A DNA stretch of 64,000 bases from Eledone cirrhosa (lineage: Eukaryota), in contig OZ024753.1 in NCBI GenBank assembly GCA_964016885.1, positions 7,750,001-7,814,000 on the forward strand, in the 5' to 3' direction. Positions within the stretch are counted from its first letter, which is position 1. Each line of letters begins with the position of its first letter. This document shows positions 1-13,506 of this stretch, in pieces. Position numbers and translations under genes: made by a program. The notes beneath the pieces are model-generated. The model was not told where the DNA came from and ran no database searches. It worked only from the letters and a program-made list of their open reading frames with translations.

Positions 1-301
1 CCAGGTGATCCTTGGGCAACCCCCACCTACGTTTACCGCCAGGCGGAGTCCAGTTCATCGCTGTTTTCGAATGCCGTTCATTTGGCAGATGCAGAATATG
101 GCAGCCAGCCAGACGGCACCGACGCTCCATCGCCCCTCTCTGTAGCGTCCACGACTTGGCTCTCCGCAGGATCTCCTTGTTTCGCACTCGGTCACACGAG
201 GACACACGAAGGATCTTTCACAGGCACCGCTGGTGGAAAGCGTTCAGCTGTCTCTCTATTTTTGCCGTACTCTTCCAGGTCTCGCTCGCATAAAGCACTG
301 T
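1..301 (-). mobile_element. RTE-clade LINE fragment (post-RT C-terminal region), decayed
   Basis: Manual minus-strand translation: TVLYASETWKSTAKIERQLNAFHQRCL*KILRVS..DRVRNKEILRR...RRCRLAGCHILHLPNERHSKTAMNWTPPGGKRR. Matches RTE motifs LYGSETW, RCLRKIL, RLAGH and GKRRRGRP; one in-frame stop. Confidence 0.85.
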
Positions 302-393
302 TTTAATGTACATTGTAATATTTCTCTTATTTTCAAGTCATGCCCATTATCAATGGCATCCATCTACCAATCTCTCAATTTATCAATATCATG

Positions 394-425
<32 letters not shown>

Positions 426-445
426 TATATATATACACCAGGATT

Positions 446-506
446 TTTTCATTCTGATAAATGAAAGCAATTTTGGTTGCTTTCAAGAAACCACTGGTAA
501 ATGAAA
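446..506 (+). ncRNA. Hammerhead ribozyme motif (type I), core variant CTGATAA
   Basis: TTTCATT-CTGATAA-A-[TGAAAGCAA/TTGCTTTCA stem II]-A-GAAA-CC ACT GG-TA-AATGAAA. All three stems pair, cleavage triplet GTA, G8>A in the core. Confidence 0.65.
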
Positions 507-602
507 TAATTATCTCATGTTGTTTATTACATAACTAATAAGCTCCGTAACCTACATAGAGCACTCTATTTTCCTGGACCTTTCCGACGGAATCACTTCA
601 TT

Positions 603-643
<41 letters not shown>

Positions 644-669
644 CCACACATGTGTGTGTATATATATAT

Positions 670-862
670 AACGAAGGAGTTGTCGTAAGGAACCAGATGG
701 ACCATAACGTACCAGAGTACTCAATACTTAGGGTAGCAGAGTGGGTAATAGGAGAAAGTACGACCCCGATGGCAGAGCTCAAGCCGTTTCTACAGATATT
801 TCTGGACTAGCCGTCGAAACGGCTTGAGCTCTGCCGTCGGGGTCATACATTTTCCTATACCT
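670..862. mobile_element. Short fold-back element (family H1) carrying the 3' half of a hammerhead on each arm
   Basis: Inverted arms 758-790/816-848. The right arm reads GAAA-CGGC-TTGAGCTCT-GCCG-TC. Related copies at 17991-18202, 35199-35369 and 49535-49722; partials at 8550-8630, 13755-13810, 16092-16150 and 25575-25637. Confidence 0.7.
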
Positions 863-924
863 TTCAATGTAAAGTTATGTTGGTCCCACAACATCCAGGC
901 CGAAACAAATGAGATCGTGTAGGT

Positions 925-1275
925 GTCACGACAAAAAAACACAGAGTCCACGCTGTAAATGTGGCCGTGTAGGCAACACGGTAAAAACCTCCCAGCCCCA
1001 CACTGTAAATGTGGTTGGTGTTAGGAAGGGCATCCAGCTGTAGAAAACCCTGCCAGACAGTCCACTCTGTAATGTGGCCGTGTAGGCAACACGGTAAAAA
1101 CCTCCCAGCCCCACACTGTAAATGTGGTTGGTGTTAGGAAGGGCATCCAACTGTAGAAAACCCGCCAGACAGTCCTATGCGAGCAAGACAACCACTCTTG
1201 CCTCAAGTGGGAAAACCCCCGTTCAAACCCATGCAAGCGTGGAACACGGACGCTAAACCTGATGATGATGATGAT
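925..1275 (+). mobile_element. SINE/RTE-type 3' tail with internal ~118-bp tandem duplication
   Basis: CACACTGTAAATGTGGTTGGTGTTAGGAAGGGCATCCA(G/A)CTGTAGAAA occurs twice; ends ACCCATGCAAGCGTGGAA..GGACGCTAAAC..(GAT)n like other tails in the window. Confidence 0.75.
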
Positions 1276-1319
1276 ATATACATATATTTATACATAATAT
1301 TGATATGTATAGATATATC

Positions 1320-1366
<47 letters not shown>

Positions 1367-1380
1367 CATGTGTGCATGTG

Positions 1381-1426
<46 letters not shown>

Positions 1427-1784
1427 ATGTACATATATATCTTTTTGTTCTGCAACTATGATATATATGATGTATCTGAAATGCAGAGGGAACACGCCGA
1501 CATAGTTCCATTCCATTGTTGCCTATAGATTTTTATATTTTTATTGTAAAGTTCTAAGTGAGAACATTGCTGCCAGAATATGTGAAGACAAGCCATTGAT
1601 TGTTCCACATGAAATATTTCAGATTCTGCACTTGCTTAATGTCAATATGAAGATTTTCAAATCCCTCTGTAATCTCACCCTCTCTTTTACCATCCTAATG
1701 CTTAATCGATAGCCAGAGACTGTTTATGCATTAACCACACATTAAAGGATTTCTTGCTTGTATGCAAGTATTTATACATTACTA

Positions 1785-1960
1785 TATACATATATGCATC
1801 TATATATACAGGAATATATGTGTGTGTATGTGTGTGTGTCTGTGTGATTATGTGTTTGTGTGAGTGAGTGAGTGTATGTGTGTGTATGTGTATACATACA
1901 TACAGTATACACCCCTATATATATATATATATATTATATATATATATATTATATATATAT

Positions 1961-1993
<33 letters not shown>

Positions 1994-2039
1994 ATATATT
2001 ATATATATATTATATATATTATATATATATTATATATAT

Positions 2040-2072
<33 letters not shown>

Positions 2073-2952
2073 TTACAGACACACATATAAATATGTTTGT
2101 GTGTGTGAGTGCATGTGTATACACATTCATACATTATTCACCCACACGTATAAAGATATATGTGTATGTGTGTGTGTACATACATAATATATATGTATGT
2201 ATACACACATATAAACGCATTCTCACACATTCACACGCACACATATATATTTACACATTAACACATGCATATATACACATTCACAGACTCACACACATAT
2301 ACATATATACACATTCTCACACATTAATATATATACATATTCACCAACATACACATATCCATATATACACATACACATTCACACATATATATACATATAT
2401 ACACATTCACACACATACACACTCACGCACATATATACACATTCACACACATATTCATATTTTCACATTCACACACATATATATAAACACATTTACACAC
2501 ATATACATATATATATTTACACATTCACACACATATATATACACATTCACACACATATATACATTCACACACGCACACATATACTCATTCACACTCACAT
2601 ATATACACATTCACACACATATTCATATATACACATTCACACACATATACCTATATACAGAGTCACACACACATACATATATACATTCTCACACATATAC
2701 ATATATACACATTCACACACATATTCATATATACACATTCACACACATATATATAAACACATTTACACACACACACACATATATATATTTACACATTCAC
2801 ATATATATATATATATATATACATTCACACATATAGCCATATATACACACACACATATACATATATACACAGTCACACACATATCCATATATACACAGTC
2901 ACACACATATTCATATACACACAGTCACACATATATACATATATACACATTC
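1785..2952. repeat. Compound (TA)n/(CA)n microsatellite
   Basis: Direct inspection. Confidence 0.95.
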
Positions 2953-3049
2953 AAGGTGTAATCAATATATATATAAAAATAGAGGTATTCTAGTGAAACT
3001 AATTATGAATATCACCATAATGGCTGAAGGTAAAATAATGCAGAAGAGA

Positions 3050-4330
3050 GTTTTGTATGCTGATTTCAGTCTTGCAATCTCAACTAAAAATGGAGAGATG
3101 TGGAACAAACATGTTAATCTATGTATGTTTTGTGTTGCTGAAAATATAGAAATAAATACTATTTTATACTCTATAAATATTTCTTATTTGAAAATACATA
3201 TTTACTGTATATACTCAAATATATGCCAACCTCCCTATATTATGTGTGAGAAATGTTCAAAAATCTCAACTCCATTTATTCTCCGAGACAGCTAATCAAC
3301 ACATTATGTATAGATGGTGTCTATAAGCTGACCCCATAAATTTACTATGAATTCCTCAGCTTAAATGTGGGTATATGCTAATTTCAGTCTTGCAATCTCA
3401 ACTAAAAATGGAGAGATCTGGAACAAACATATTAATCTATGTATGTTTTGTCTTGCTGAAAATATAGAAATAAATACTATTTTATACTCTATAAATATTT
3501 CTTATTTGAAAATAGATATTTACTGTATATACTCAAATATATGCCAACCTCCCTATATTATGTGTGAGAAATGTTCAAAAATCTCAACTCCATTTATTCT
3601 CCGAGACAGCTAATCAACACATTATGTATAGATGGTGTCTATAAACTGACCCCATAATTTTACTATGAATTCCTCAGCTTAAATGTGGGTATATGCTAAT
3701 TTCAGTCTTGCAATCTCAACTAAAAGTGGAGAGATGTGGAACAAACATATTAATCTATGTATGTTTTGTCTTGCTGAAAATATAGAAATAAATACTATTT
3801 TATACTCTATAAATATTTCTTATTTGAAAATACATATTTACTGTATATACTCAAATATATGCCAACCTCCCTATATTATGTGTGAGAAATGTTCAAAAAT
3901 CTCAACTCCATTTATTCTCCGAGACAGCTAATCAACACATTATGTATAGATGGTGTCTATAAACTGACCCCATAATTTTACTATGAATTCCTCAGCTTAA
4001 ATGTGGGTATATGCTAATTTCAGTCTTGCAATCTCAACTAAAAATGGAGAGATGTGGAACAAACATATTAATCTATGTATGTTTTGTCTTGCTGAAAATA
4101 TAGAAATAAATACTATTTTATACTCTATAAATATTTCTTATTTGAAAATACATATTTACTGTATATACTCAAATATATGCCAACCTCCCTATATTATGTG
4201 TGAGAAATGTTCAAAAATCTCAACTCCATTTATTATTCGAGACAGCTAATCAACACATTATGTATAGATGGTGTCTATAAACTGACCCCATAATTTTACT
4301 ATGAATTGCTCAGCTTATATTCGGGTATAT
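3050..4330. repeat. Tandem repeat, 318-bp unit x4
   Basis: Near-identical units; equivalent ORF starts at 3365, 3683 and 4001 (period 318). Confidence 0.97.
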
Positions 4331-4537
4331 ACAGTAACTCTTTTTTATTGTTGTTGTTTTAAGTTTAGGCACAAGGTCAATGAAAAAAGTACCAGTTAAA
4401 TATTGGAGTCGATTCTTTTTTGCATCTCTTTCTTAATTTTTCTCTAGCACTTTCCTACTCTCTCTTTCCTTCTCTGGAAGAAATCACCTGTGTTCAGACC
4501 TGGATAGGATATTATGAGTGCGGTTTCACTATGCTTA

Positions 4538-4762
4538 ATGCTTTAGCATTTAAACCAGCCATATCCAGCCAGAATTCTCTCACCTTTTTATGTTCAAACC
4601 AGCTGTAGCTGGCCACTCATAGTGATGTTAAAGTATTGTTCTCAAAATAATAATCTCAAAATCTCATAGATTCGATATTATGTGAAATAACATTGTGAGA
4701 TAAAACCTTTACCACGAAAATACAATAGTAAATATAGATTAATATAAATGCTAGAGGGTTAA
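4538..4762. mobile_element. Non-autonomous piggyBac-type MITE (degenerate left end)
   Basis: TTAA..CTTTAGCATTTA ... AAATGCTAGAGGG-TTAA; internal sequence shared, inverted, with 4877-5097. Confidence 0.65.
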
Positions 4763-4876
4763 AGTGCTCAAATACAACTGTGTGTTTAAGAAATTTGCTT
4801 CATAATCACCTGGTTTCTTAAGCCATCTCAACATTCTCCCTTCACTTCCATTGCATCATTCTTACTTATGTTTTAA

Positions 4877-5097
4877 CCCTTTAGCATTTACATCATTCTA
4901 TATTTACTATTATATTTTCACAGTAAAGGCTTTATCTTACATAATATTCTCACTTAATATCAAATCTACGAGATTTTTATGCTATTTATTTTGAGAACAA
5001 TACCTTAATGTAGGTGTGAATGGCAGGTTACAGCCAGTTTGAACAGAAAGATATGAGAGAGTTCTGGTCAGATATGGCCAGTTTTAATGCTAAAGGG
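4877..5097. mobile_element. Non-autonomous piggyBac-type MITE
   Basis: TTAA|CCCTTTAGCATT ... AATGCTAAAGGG|TTAA: terminal inverted repeats with a TTAA target duplication. Further copies at 33227-33419, 40234-40871, 48630-48943, 57478-57697; partial at 59170-59325. Confidence 0.8.
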
Positions 5098-5129
5098 TTA
5101 AACTGTATCCTGTTCCGTCTTGTGAAGCT

Positions 5130-5520
5130 GTATGACCTAATGTTAAGGATGCTTAATGTACAAACATTATGTCATGGTTTCGATTCCTGGACAGGCTGCT
5201 GCATTGTGTTCTTGAACAAAACACTTTATTTTACGTTGTTCCACTATACTCTGTTGAGAATGACTACCAGTAGTAGCTGGGGAGTTAACCCTGCAATAGA
5301 CCAGCATCCTATCCAGGAAGAGTATTGTACCTGCAGTCACTAAACACCAAGGAAACTGTGGATAAGCACTGGTCTGATGAGCCCAGTAGTAGCTGGGGAG
5401 TTAATCCTGCAATAGACCAACATCCTATCCAGGAAGAGTCTTGTACTTGCAGTCACTAAACGCCAAGGAAACTGTGGATAAGCACTCGTCTGATGAACCT
5501 ATAGCTTAGAATAGACTCAC
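5130..5520 (+). mobile_element. Old tRNA-derived SINE (family D) with duplicated tail
   Basis: Degenerate B-box GGTTTCGATTCC, then TTCTTGAACAAAACACTT domain; ~117-bp tail duplicated. Relatives at 10035-10250(-), 27100-27210(-), 48945-49205(+), 57860-58120(-). Confidence 0.65.
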
Positions 5521-5685
5521 TTTCTATCTGTGAACCATCCATCAGTATCATGGCAGTCTTATTAATATACCAGTTGGTGTGACACTAAACATCTCCTCAA
5601 CACTACATTATTAGTCAGATATTCTCTCCCCTTGGTTCCCCAATATTCATACTGGATGTAATTCTCAGTGAAGCTTTAGAGCTTA

Positions 5686-5903
5686 ACCCTTTCATCACTG
5701 TATTTCTAATGAGATAAATCAATCTATTTCCATTAATTAATGTTCAAACCGGCCAAAACCGGCCAGAATTCTTTATATAAAATTAACATGGTTTTTATAT
5801 AAAATTATGTTGAAAGATTTTAATTTAAATAGAAGCGCATTAAATTGGATGGTTTTGTTTTGTAGAATTTGAGCTGGTTTGGGCCAGGCTGGTATCAAAA
5901 GGG
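5686..5903. mobile_element. piggyBac-type MITE (second subfamily)
   Basis: TTAA|CCCTT ... AAGGG|TTAA termini. Confidence 0.6.
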
Positions 5904-5906
5904 TTA

Positions 5907-6255
5907 AGTCTGGTGGGATTCATGGTAAAATAATTTCTGTTGGTGATTGCTTATTTGAAGTGGAATATCTTGCAAGAATGAGATTGTGAAATACAATGGA
6001 CAGATAATAAGATGCCAACCAATCTAGATTATGCTGATAACTTGGTGGTGATTACACACAAAAAACACAAAATATTACAACCGATATTGGATAGTTTAGT
6101 AAGAAAGGAGAGCAAGGTTGGTTATTAACTGTTCAAAGACAAAAATTATGAATATAAATTATGCCAATATATTGCATCAGAGAATAGATGGAAAAATTAG
6201 AAAGAGTAATTCAGTACCCTTTCTCCAACTATTTAAGTACTACGGTAGCACATTA
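5907..6255 (+). mobile_element. Highly decayed LINE reverse-transcriptase fragment
   Basis: Pieces translate to IQWT...NLDYADNLV (YADD box), LQPILDSLVRKESKVG and KTKIM; frameshifted. Confidence 0.6.
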
Positions 6256-6469
6256 AGTCTGTAGTTTGGCAGAATTTAAATAGCAAATGAGCATATAGGA
6301 ATTTATATAGAAGTGTGTATGTATGTATGTGAATAAATATATATATTACATATATATATATATATATATTATATTATATATATATATTATATATAACACA
6401 TACATCATATATATATATATAACATTTATCACATATATATATACATCTATATGGGTATATATATATATC

Positions 6470-6810
6470 GTCATTTCATCATCATCATTTTACGTCCGCT
6501 TTTTCCCTGCTTGCAAGGGTGAGACGGGAACTGATTCTGGCTTGATTTCTACAGCTGGATGCCCTTCCTAACACCAACCTCATTTACAGTGAGTGCTGGG
6601 TGCTTTTTTGCCGTGGCACCTCCACGACTACTTTGCAGTGGAATGATAGGGACCCCAGTCCTATCATCTCATTTCTACAGCTGAGTAAACTGGAGCAATG
6701 TGAAATAAAGTGTCTTGCTCAAGGAAACAACACATCACCCGGTCTGACAATTGAACTCACAACCTTTCGATTGCAAGGCCAATGCTCTAACCACTAAGCC
6801 ATGTGCCTCC
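6470..6810 (-). mobile_element. tRNA-derived SINE family B (full length)
   Basis: Minus strand: head GGAGGCACATGGCTTAGTGG (A box), GAGTTCAATT (B box), CCTTGAGCAAGACACTT domain, RTE-shared tail, (GAT)n end. Confidence 0.9.
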
Positions 6811-7061
6811 ATTATATATATAGTAATAATAATCAAATTTGATGACTAAAATCCAAAGAGGGCTCGATAAGGATAAATATATACCACATATATATAAGAA
6901 CCTTAGAGCAAATATTTATTATTAACCATGGGTTTAATTGACAGATGAGGTGACGAGTAACAACACTGTGTCAGTGTATTTGTGTGTGTGTGTGAATGCG
7001 GGTGGGTACACGTGTATCTGTCTGAGTGTGTGAGTGTATAAAATAAAATATATATATATAC

Positions 7062-7092
<31 letters not shown>

Positions 7093-7353
7093 TATATATA
7101 TATATATATAGATATATATATAGATATAGATATAGATATATATATACATATATATATATACATATATATACATACATATATATACACATATATACATACA
7201 TATATATACACATATATATATATATACATATATATATACATATACATATATATATATACATATATATACATACATATATATATACATACATATATATATA
7301 CATATATATATACATATATACATACATATATATATATATATATACATATATAC

Positions 7354-7388
<35 letters not shown>

Positions 7389-8216
7389 CATACATATATA
7401 CATACATACATATATACATACATATATACATACACACATATATATATATATATATATATACATATATATATGCATGTTTATGCATGCACAAAGCAGTAAT
7501 CAATTCTAACACGATAAGCTCACAAAATAATGAAGTTTCCCAGAGCTGGCCTGTCAGTACGGTAGGTTTAAAGTTATATATCATTTTATAAATGTCCAAT
7601 AATGTATGTAAATTGTGCATACACTACATCAATACATCCCTACTTCCTTACTTACTTCCTTACTTCCTTCCTTACTTCACTATATACACCACATTTTTAT
7701 CAACGGTTCTTCATAATATAGATGTATTAGTTTTATAACCTGATATTGGTAGCAGGGCTGCTGTCTTACATCCATTTTCTCTAATGCCTGTGTCTATGTC
7801 TATGTAGGTACAGGCGGGGGGAGGTAGATTTGGTTTGTTTCTGTATTGTGAGTGTTTTGTTTATTCTTTTGCTTTTTTTGTTGTTGTTGTTGTTGTTGTT
7901 TTTTTGTTATGTTGCTTTTTTATTTTTTTTTTGGGGGGGGGGGGTTCTATGGAGCAACTCTTGATTTACTGCAGGATGCACTTCTCAGACTGAATCAGTT
8001 AACCATGAAGTAGACAGGGTTCCACCTTTTTTTTTTTTTTTTAATTGCCACATGAGGTGAAGAGTAACAACACTGTGTCAGTGTATTTGTGTGTGTGTGC
8101 GTATGTGTGTGGGGGGGGGGGGGGGGGCGTGTATCTGTCTCTGTGTGTGAGTGTATAAAATAAAAATGCATATTTGAGAATATGTGTATGTATGTATGTA
8201 TGTATGTATGTATGTA

Positions 8217-8540
8217 TGGTTAGAGCATTGGCCTTGCAATTGAAAGGTTGTGAGTTCAATTCTCGGACCGGGTGATGTGTTGTTTCCTTGAGCAAGACAC
8301 TTTATTTCACATTGCTCCAGTTTACTCAGCTGTAGAAATGAGATGATAGAGACAGGGGTCCATATCATTCCACTGCAAAGTGGTCGTGGAGGTGCCACGG
8401 CAAAAAAGCACCCAGCACTCACTGTAAATGAGGTTGGTGTTAGGAAGGGCATCCAGCTGTAGAAATCAAGACAGAATCAGTTCCTGTCCCACCCTTGCAA
8501 CCAAGGAAAAGCAGACGTAAAATGAAATGATGAAATGATC
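8217..8540 (+). mobile_element. SINE family B
   Basis: Near-identical to 6470-6810 and 47857-48170. Confidence 0.9.
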
Positions 8541-8634
8541 ATAGATATATAACGATGGAAGTGTGGTAAGGAACCAGGTGGACCATAACGCACCAGAGTA
8601 CTCAATACTTTGGGTAGTAGAGTGGGTAATATAT

Positions 8635-8917
8635 ATCATCATCATCATCATCATCATTTTACGTCCACTTTTCCCTGCTTGCAAGGGTGGGACGGGAACT
8701 GATTCTGGCTTGATTTTTACAGCTGGATGCCCTTCCTAACACCAACCTCATTTACAGTGAGTGCTGGGTGGTGCTTTTTTGCCGTGGCACCTCCACGACC
8801 ACTTTGCAGTGGATATGATATGGACCCCAGTCCCTATCATCTCATTTCTACAGCTGAGTAAACTGGAGCAATGTGAAATAAAGTTTCTTGCTCAAGGAAA
8901 CAACACATCACCCGGTC
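8635..8917 (-). mobile_element. SINE family B, 5'-truncated
   Basis: Inverted relative to 8217-8540, ~95 bp away. Confidence 0.9.
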
Positions 8918-8928
8918 ACACATCACAC

Positions 8929-8970
<42 letters not shown>

Positions 8971-8971
8971 A

Positions 8972-9165
8972 TCCCAGGTTCAATCAGGGGTAACCACAGT
9001 AAGTAAGGTACTCAATACATAGCAGAGTATAAATATTTAATATAGAAATGGCTTCTACAGGATGAGAACTGTTTCATTTGAAGGAAATCATCAGTCGGTT
9101 TTCCTGATGATTTCCTTTGAATGAAACAGTTCTAGTCCTGTAGAAGCCATTTCTACATTAAATAT
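8972..9165. mobile_element. Fold-back element (family H2) with hammerhead core on both arms
   Basis: Palindrome 9033-9165. The plus arm reads TTTC-CTGATGA-TTTCCTTTGAAT-GAAA-CAG TTCTAGTC CTG-TA-GAAG. Flanked by (TA)n. Confidence 0.75.
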
Positions 9166-9273
9166 ATATATATATAGAGGTAGAACACTGGAAGGTAATA
9201 TCCGTAGTGGTAGAGCACTCAGTCCATGGGACGAGTTTGGTAGAGGTAGTAACACAACAGTTAGATCACCATA

Positions 9274-9314
9274 CCGAGAACAATTCTTTCACCTTATGCG
9301 GATCTTCAGCTCAG
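9274..9314 (-). ncRNA. Hammerhead ribozyme motif, degenerate
   Basis: Minus: CTGAG-CTGAAGA-TCC GCATAA GGT-GAAA-G AATT G-TT-CTCGG. Stem I has 5 bp; palindromic AATT loop; one stem III mismatch. Confidence 0.55.
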
Positions 9315-9337
9315 ACTGGTAATGGTTATATATATAT

Positions 9338-9918
9338 ATCATCATCATCATCATCATCATCACCGTTTTACGTCCGTTCTTCCACGCTAGCATGGGTTAG
9401 ACGGGTTGTCCTGTTGTGGGCAGTGTCTGGTCGGCTGACCATGCCTTGCTCATACAGGAACTGATCTGGCTTGATTTCTACAGCTGGATGCCCTTCCTAA
9501 CACCAACCTCATTTACAGTGAGTGCTGGGTGCTTTTTCGTGGCGCCTACACGTCCACTTTACAGTGTGGGCTGGGTGCTTTTTTGCCGTGGCACCTCCAC
9601 GACCACCTTGCGGTGGGGGGAGTGGGGGCATATTGTTTATATGCTTCAGCATGTACCCATGGGAGGTCGGGTACCCTGTATTACTGCGTGACGCCAGAAG
9701 TCACGGTCGTGTGTCATTGACTTTGAGAGGTGTAGTTGGGTAAGGTCGGCTTTTATCACCTCATCCCAAGTCATCTTGGGTCTCCCCACTCCGCGGTTTC
9801 CATCAACTTCTAGTGCGCTGCACCTTTTTATGCAGCTGTCATCCTTCATACGCATCACATGTCCATACCAGCGTAACCGCCTCTCTTGCACGCAGCATTT
9901 GATTCCTCTTATGCTCAG

Positions 9919-9928
<10 letters not shown>
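9338..9928 (-). mobile_element. RTE LINE 3' end (5'-truncated), near-identical to 50425-51014
   Basis: ERLSIRGIKCCVQERRLRWYGHVMRM...GRPKMTWDEVI, then 3' UTR and (GAT)n tail. Confidence 0.95.
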
Positions 9929-9963
<35 letters not shown>

Positions 9964-10894
9964 GCACACACACACATGCACACATGCACACATGCATGAA
10001 CACTGTGTCTGTATTGGTTTGTGTCCGTGTATATAAGAGAATACAAGACTTCCCCCTGGATAGGACGCCAGTACATTGCAGGGTTGAACCTCAAGAGACT
10101 GCTGGTATTCATTTTCAGCTGAGTATATTGGAGTAACATGAAATGAAGTGCTTTGCTCAAAAATACAAGACACAACCCAGCCATGGAATTGAACCCCCAA
10201 TATTATGATCATAAGTTCCTCAACACACTTACCACTAGGCCAATTGCACCCACTATGTTTCTCTGATTCTCTATAATTTGGATGATGGCAGTCGCAGGAA
10301 CAAGAGGATAGAAGAAAGTAATACTTGCTTATATGTTGTGAGTTTACAATCACAACAAGCGCTTTGCTGTGTTTCTGGGAAGAGCACTTAATTCTACATG
10401 GCCAATGTTCACCACACCTGTCAGTAAAATGTTCTAAATGATATTGACATGTTACCTCCTATAGATTGGATATAGAAAATAAACAAACATCCATCTCTTA
10501 TCTGCTTTGCATTTGCTATAAAATATACTATAACTTGCCACCATCAAAAATCCTAACTTAAAAAGCTCCTTTGGAGTACATCTATTACATATTATGGTGT
10601 ACACAACTACATGACAACATCATGGCCAATAACAGGATCCTATGGCTGGATATTCTTATGAATATCTATAAATAAAACAGAAATATTAAATAAAAGGACG
10701 AGCTACTGGTTATTTTGCTGATTGTCAGGGGAAAATAGGTGAGCGTGATTATAAAATATCATGAGAGCAGTCACAGTGGGAATCGATTGAGGTATATAGT
10801 CCTGATGAAAAACTACAACAAAAGCAACAAAGATCACAACAACAACAACAACAACAACAAAACCAATAACAAAATTAACAACAAATGAAAAAGT

Positions 10895-12237
10895 ATGGAT
10901 GAGAGAGAAGGGGTTAAAAAGGAGAGTATGGCTGAGAGAAGGAGTTAAAAGGGAGAGTATGTGAGAGAGAAGGGGTTAAAAGGGAGAGTATGGCTGAGAG
11001 AAGGAGTTAAAAAGGAGAGTATGTGAAAGAGAAGGAGTTAAAAGGGAGAGTATGGCTGAGAGAAGGAGTTAAAAAGGAGAGTATGTGAGAGAGAAGGAGT
11101 TAAAAGGGAGAGTATGTGAGAGAGAAGGAGTTAAAAGGGAGAGTATGTGAGAGAAGGAGTTAAAAAGGAGAGTATGTGAGAGAGGAGTTAAAAGGGAGAG
11201 TATGTGAGAGAGGAGTTAGAATGAAGAGTATGTGAGAGAGAAGGAGTTAAAAAGGAGAGTATGTGAGAGAGGAGTTAAAAGGGAGAGTATGGCTGAGAGA
11301 GGAGTTAAACGGGAGAGTATGGATGAGAGAAGGAGTTAAAAGGGAGAGTATGGCTGAGAGAAAGAGTTAAAAAGGAGAGTTTGGCTGAGAGAGGGAGTTA
11401 AAAGGGGGAGTATGGCTGAGAGAAGTTAAAAAGGAGAGTATGTGAGAGAGGAGTTAAAAAGGAGAGTATGTGAGAGAGAAGGAGTTAAAAAGGAGAGTAT
11501 GTGAGAGAGGAGTTAAAAGGGAGAGTATGTGAGAGAGGAGTTAAAAGGGAGAGTATGTGAGAGAGAAGGAGTTAAAAGGGAGAGTATGGATGAGAGGCTT
11601 TAAAAAGGAGAGTATGTGAGAGAGAAGGAGCTAAAAGGAAGAGTATGTGAAAGAGAAGGAGTTAAAAAGGAGAGTATGTGAGAGAGAAGGAGCTAAAAGG
11701 AAGAGTATGTGAAAGAGAAGGAGTTAAAAAGAAGAGTATGTGAGAGAGAAGGAGCTAAAAGGAAGAGTATGTGAAAGAGAAGGAGTTAAAAAGGAGAGTA
11801 TGTGAGAGAGAAGGAGTTAAAAAGGAGAGTATGGCTGAGAGAAGGAATTAAAAGGGAGAGTATGTGAGAGAGAAGGAATTAAAAGGGAGAGTATGGCTGA
11901 GAGAGGGAGTTAAAAGGGAGAGTATGTGAGAGAGAAGGAGCTAAAAGGAAGAGTATGTGAAAGAGAAGGAGTTAAAAAGGAGAGTATGTGAGAGAGAAGG
12001 AGTTAAAAAGGAGAGTATGGCTGAGAGAAGGAATTAAAAGGGAGAGTATGTGAGAGAGAAGGAATTAAAAGGGAGAGTATGGCTGAGAGAGGGAGTTAAA
12101 AGGGAGAGTATGTGAGAGAGAAGGAGTTAAAAGGGAGAGTATGGCTGAGAGAAGTAATTAAAAGGGAGAGTGTGTGAGAGAGAAGGAGTTAAAAGGGAGA
12201 GTATGGCTGAGAGAGGGAGTTAAAAGGGAGAGTATGG
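10895..12237. repeat. Purine-rich minisatellite, ~29-33 bp unit, ~40+ copies
   Basis: Consensus AAAAGGGAGAGTATG(TGA/GCT)GAGAGAAGGAGTT. Confidence 0.97.
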
Positions 12238-12598
12238 TGGGAAGACATCAGGTAGGAATAGATTTGTTCGTGGTTAAATATGCTACTGGTTGCAACTACC
12301 AGAGAGCCTTAAACAATTATTGCGGAAATGAATTAGCTTAGAGAAGAAATGTCTAGATAAGAGGAATGTGTGGCGCAAAATAACGGGAGATTTAATGCAA
12401 CATTGCATTACATTCAACACACTATACAATGAGATGCAATGAAAAGCAATAAATTGCAGTTGCAATTGATATGCAATAATATGCATAACAATAGGTGCAT
12501 CACAAACGTCTCTCACACACTAACATTTCCCACACATTCGAAATGTTCATATAACATAACTTGAAATGGAATAAAGCAAATCTTTATATGTTTATATT

Positions 12599-12650
<52 letters not shown>

Positions 12651-12683
12651 TAATTTGTATACACACATATATGTGTGTGTATA

Positions 12684-12727
<44 letters not shown>

Positions 12728-12854
12728 ATATTAATAAATGGAAACTATATTTATAAAACCATATTTATTTCATTATTCATATTTCAAGGATACACATATA
12801 TATGTATATATACATATATATGTGTGTATATGCATATATATAGGTGTATGTATG

Positions 12855-12951
<97 letters not shown>

Positions 12952-13209
12952 GTATGTATATATACATATACATAAGTGTGTGTATACACATATATATATA
13001 TATACACACATATACAGAATTGGGAAGATCAAATTTACATTAAACGTTGTACTATACTTGTTATTCTACATTCAGATATTTTCATACTTGTAACTGGGTA
13101 ATATTTATTATTGCCCACATTATATATATATATTTATATATAGCTGCAATTATATATTATATATTAATATATTTATATATATATATATATCTATATATAT
13201 ATATATATA

Positions 13210-13430
13210 ATGGAAAAATTTGAACAGGGACAAAACAGAGAGGCAGTACAATAAATGTTTATTAATTTCACGCTCAGGAGAGTGTGGGGGGGGGGGGGGG
13301 TAGGGGGGGACGACGTTTCGGGCATAAGCCCTTCCTCAGGTGAGAAGTGTGTGGGAACAGAGTTCAAAAGGTGTGTAGGGGAGTGGTGGAGAGACATATA
13401 GCGAAAGGAAACGGTGCGAATGAAAAAAAA
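13210..13430 (-). mobile_element. Penelope-like terminal (pLTR-like) segment with minimal hammerhead at 13309-13340
   Basis: Minus: CTGAGGA-A-GGGC TTAT GCCC-GAAA-CGTCG-TC, followed by AATAAA; both ends abut (TA)n. Confidence 0.7.
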
Positions 13431-13456
13431 CAAATAAAGATAAAAAATAAAAATAA

Positions 13457-13506
<50 letters not shown>

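Noticed and set aside
2993-4249. Four tandem paralogous small genes
   Set aside because: The ORFs simply follow the 318-bp repeat; no domain or coding signature.
5370-5500. CTGATGA motifs as hammerheads (also at 16254-, 26775 and 49196)
   Set aside because: No downstream stem II-GAAA-stem III arrangement; most lie in SINE tails or a hAT MITE.
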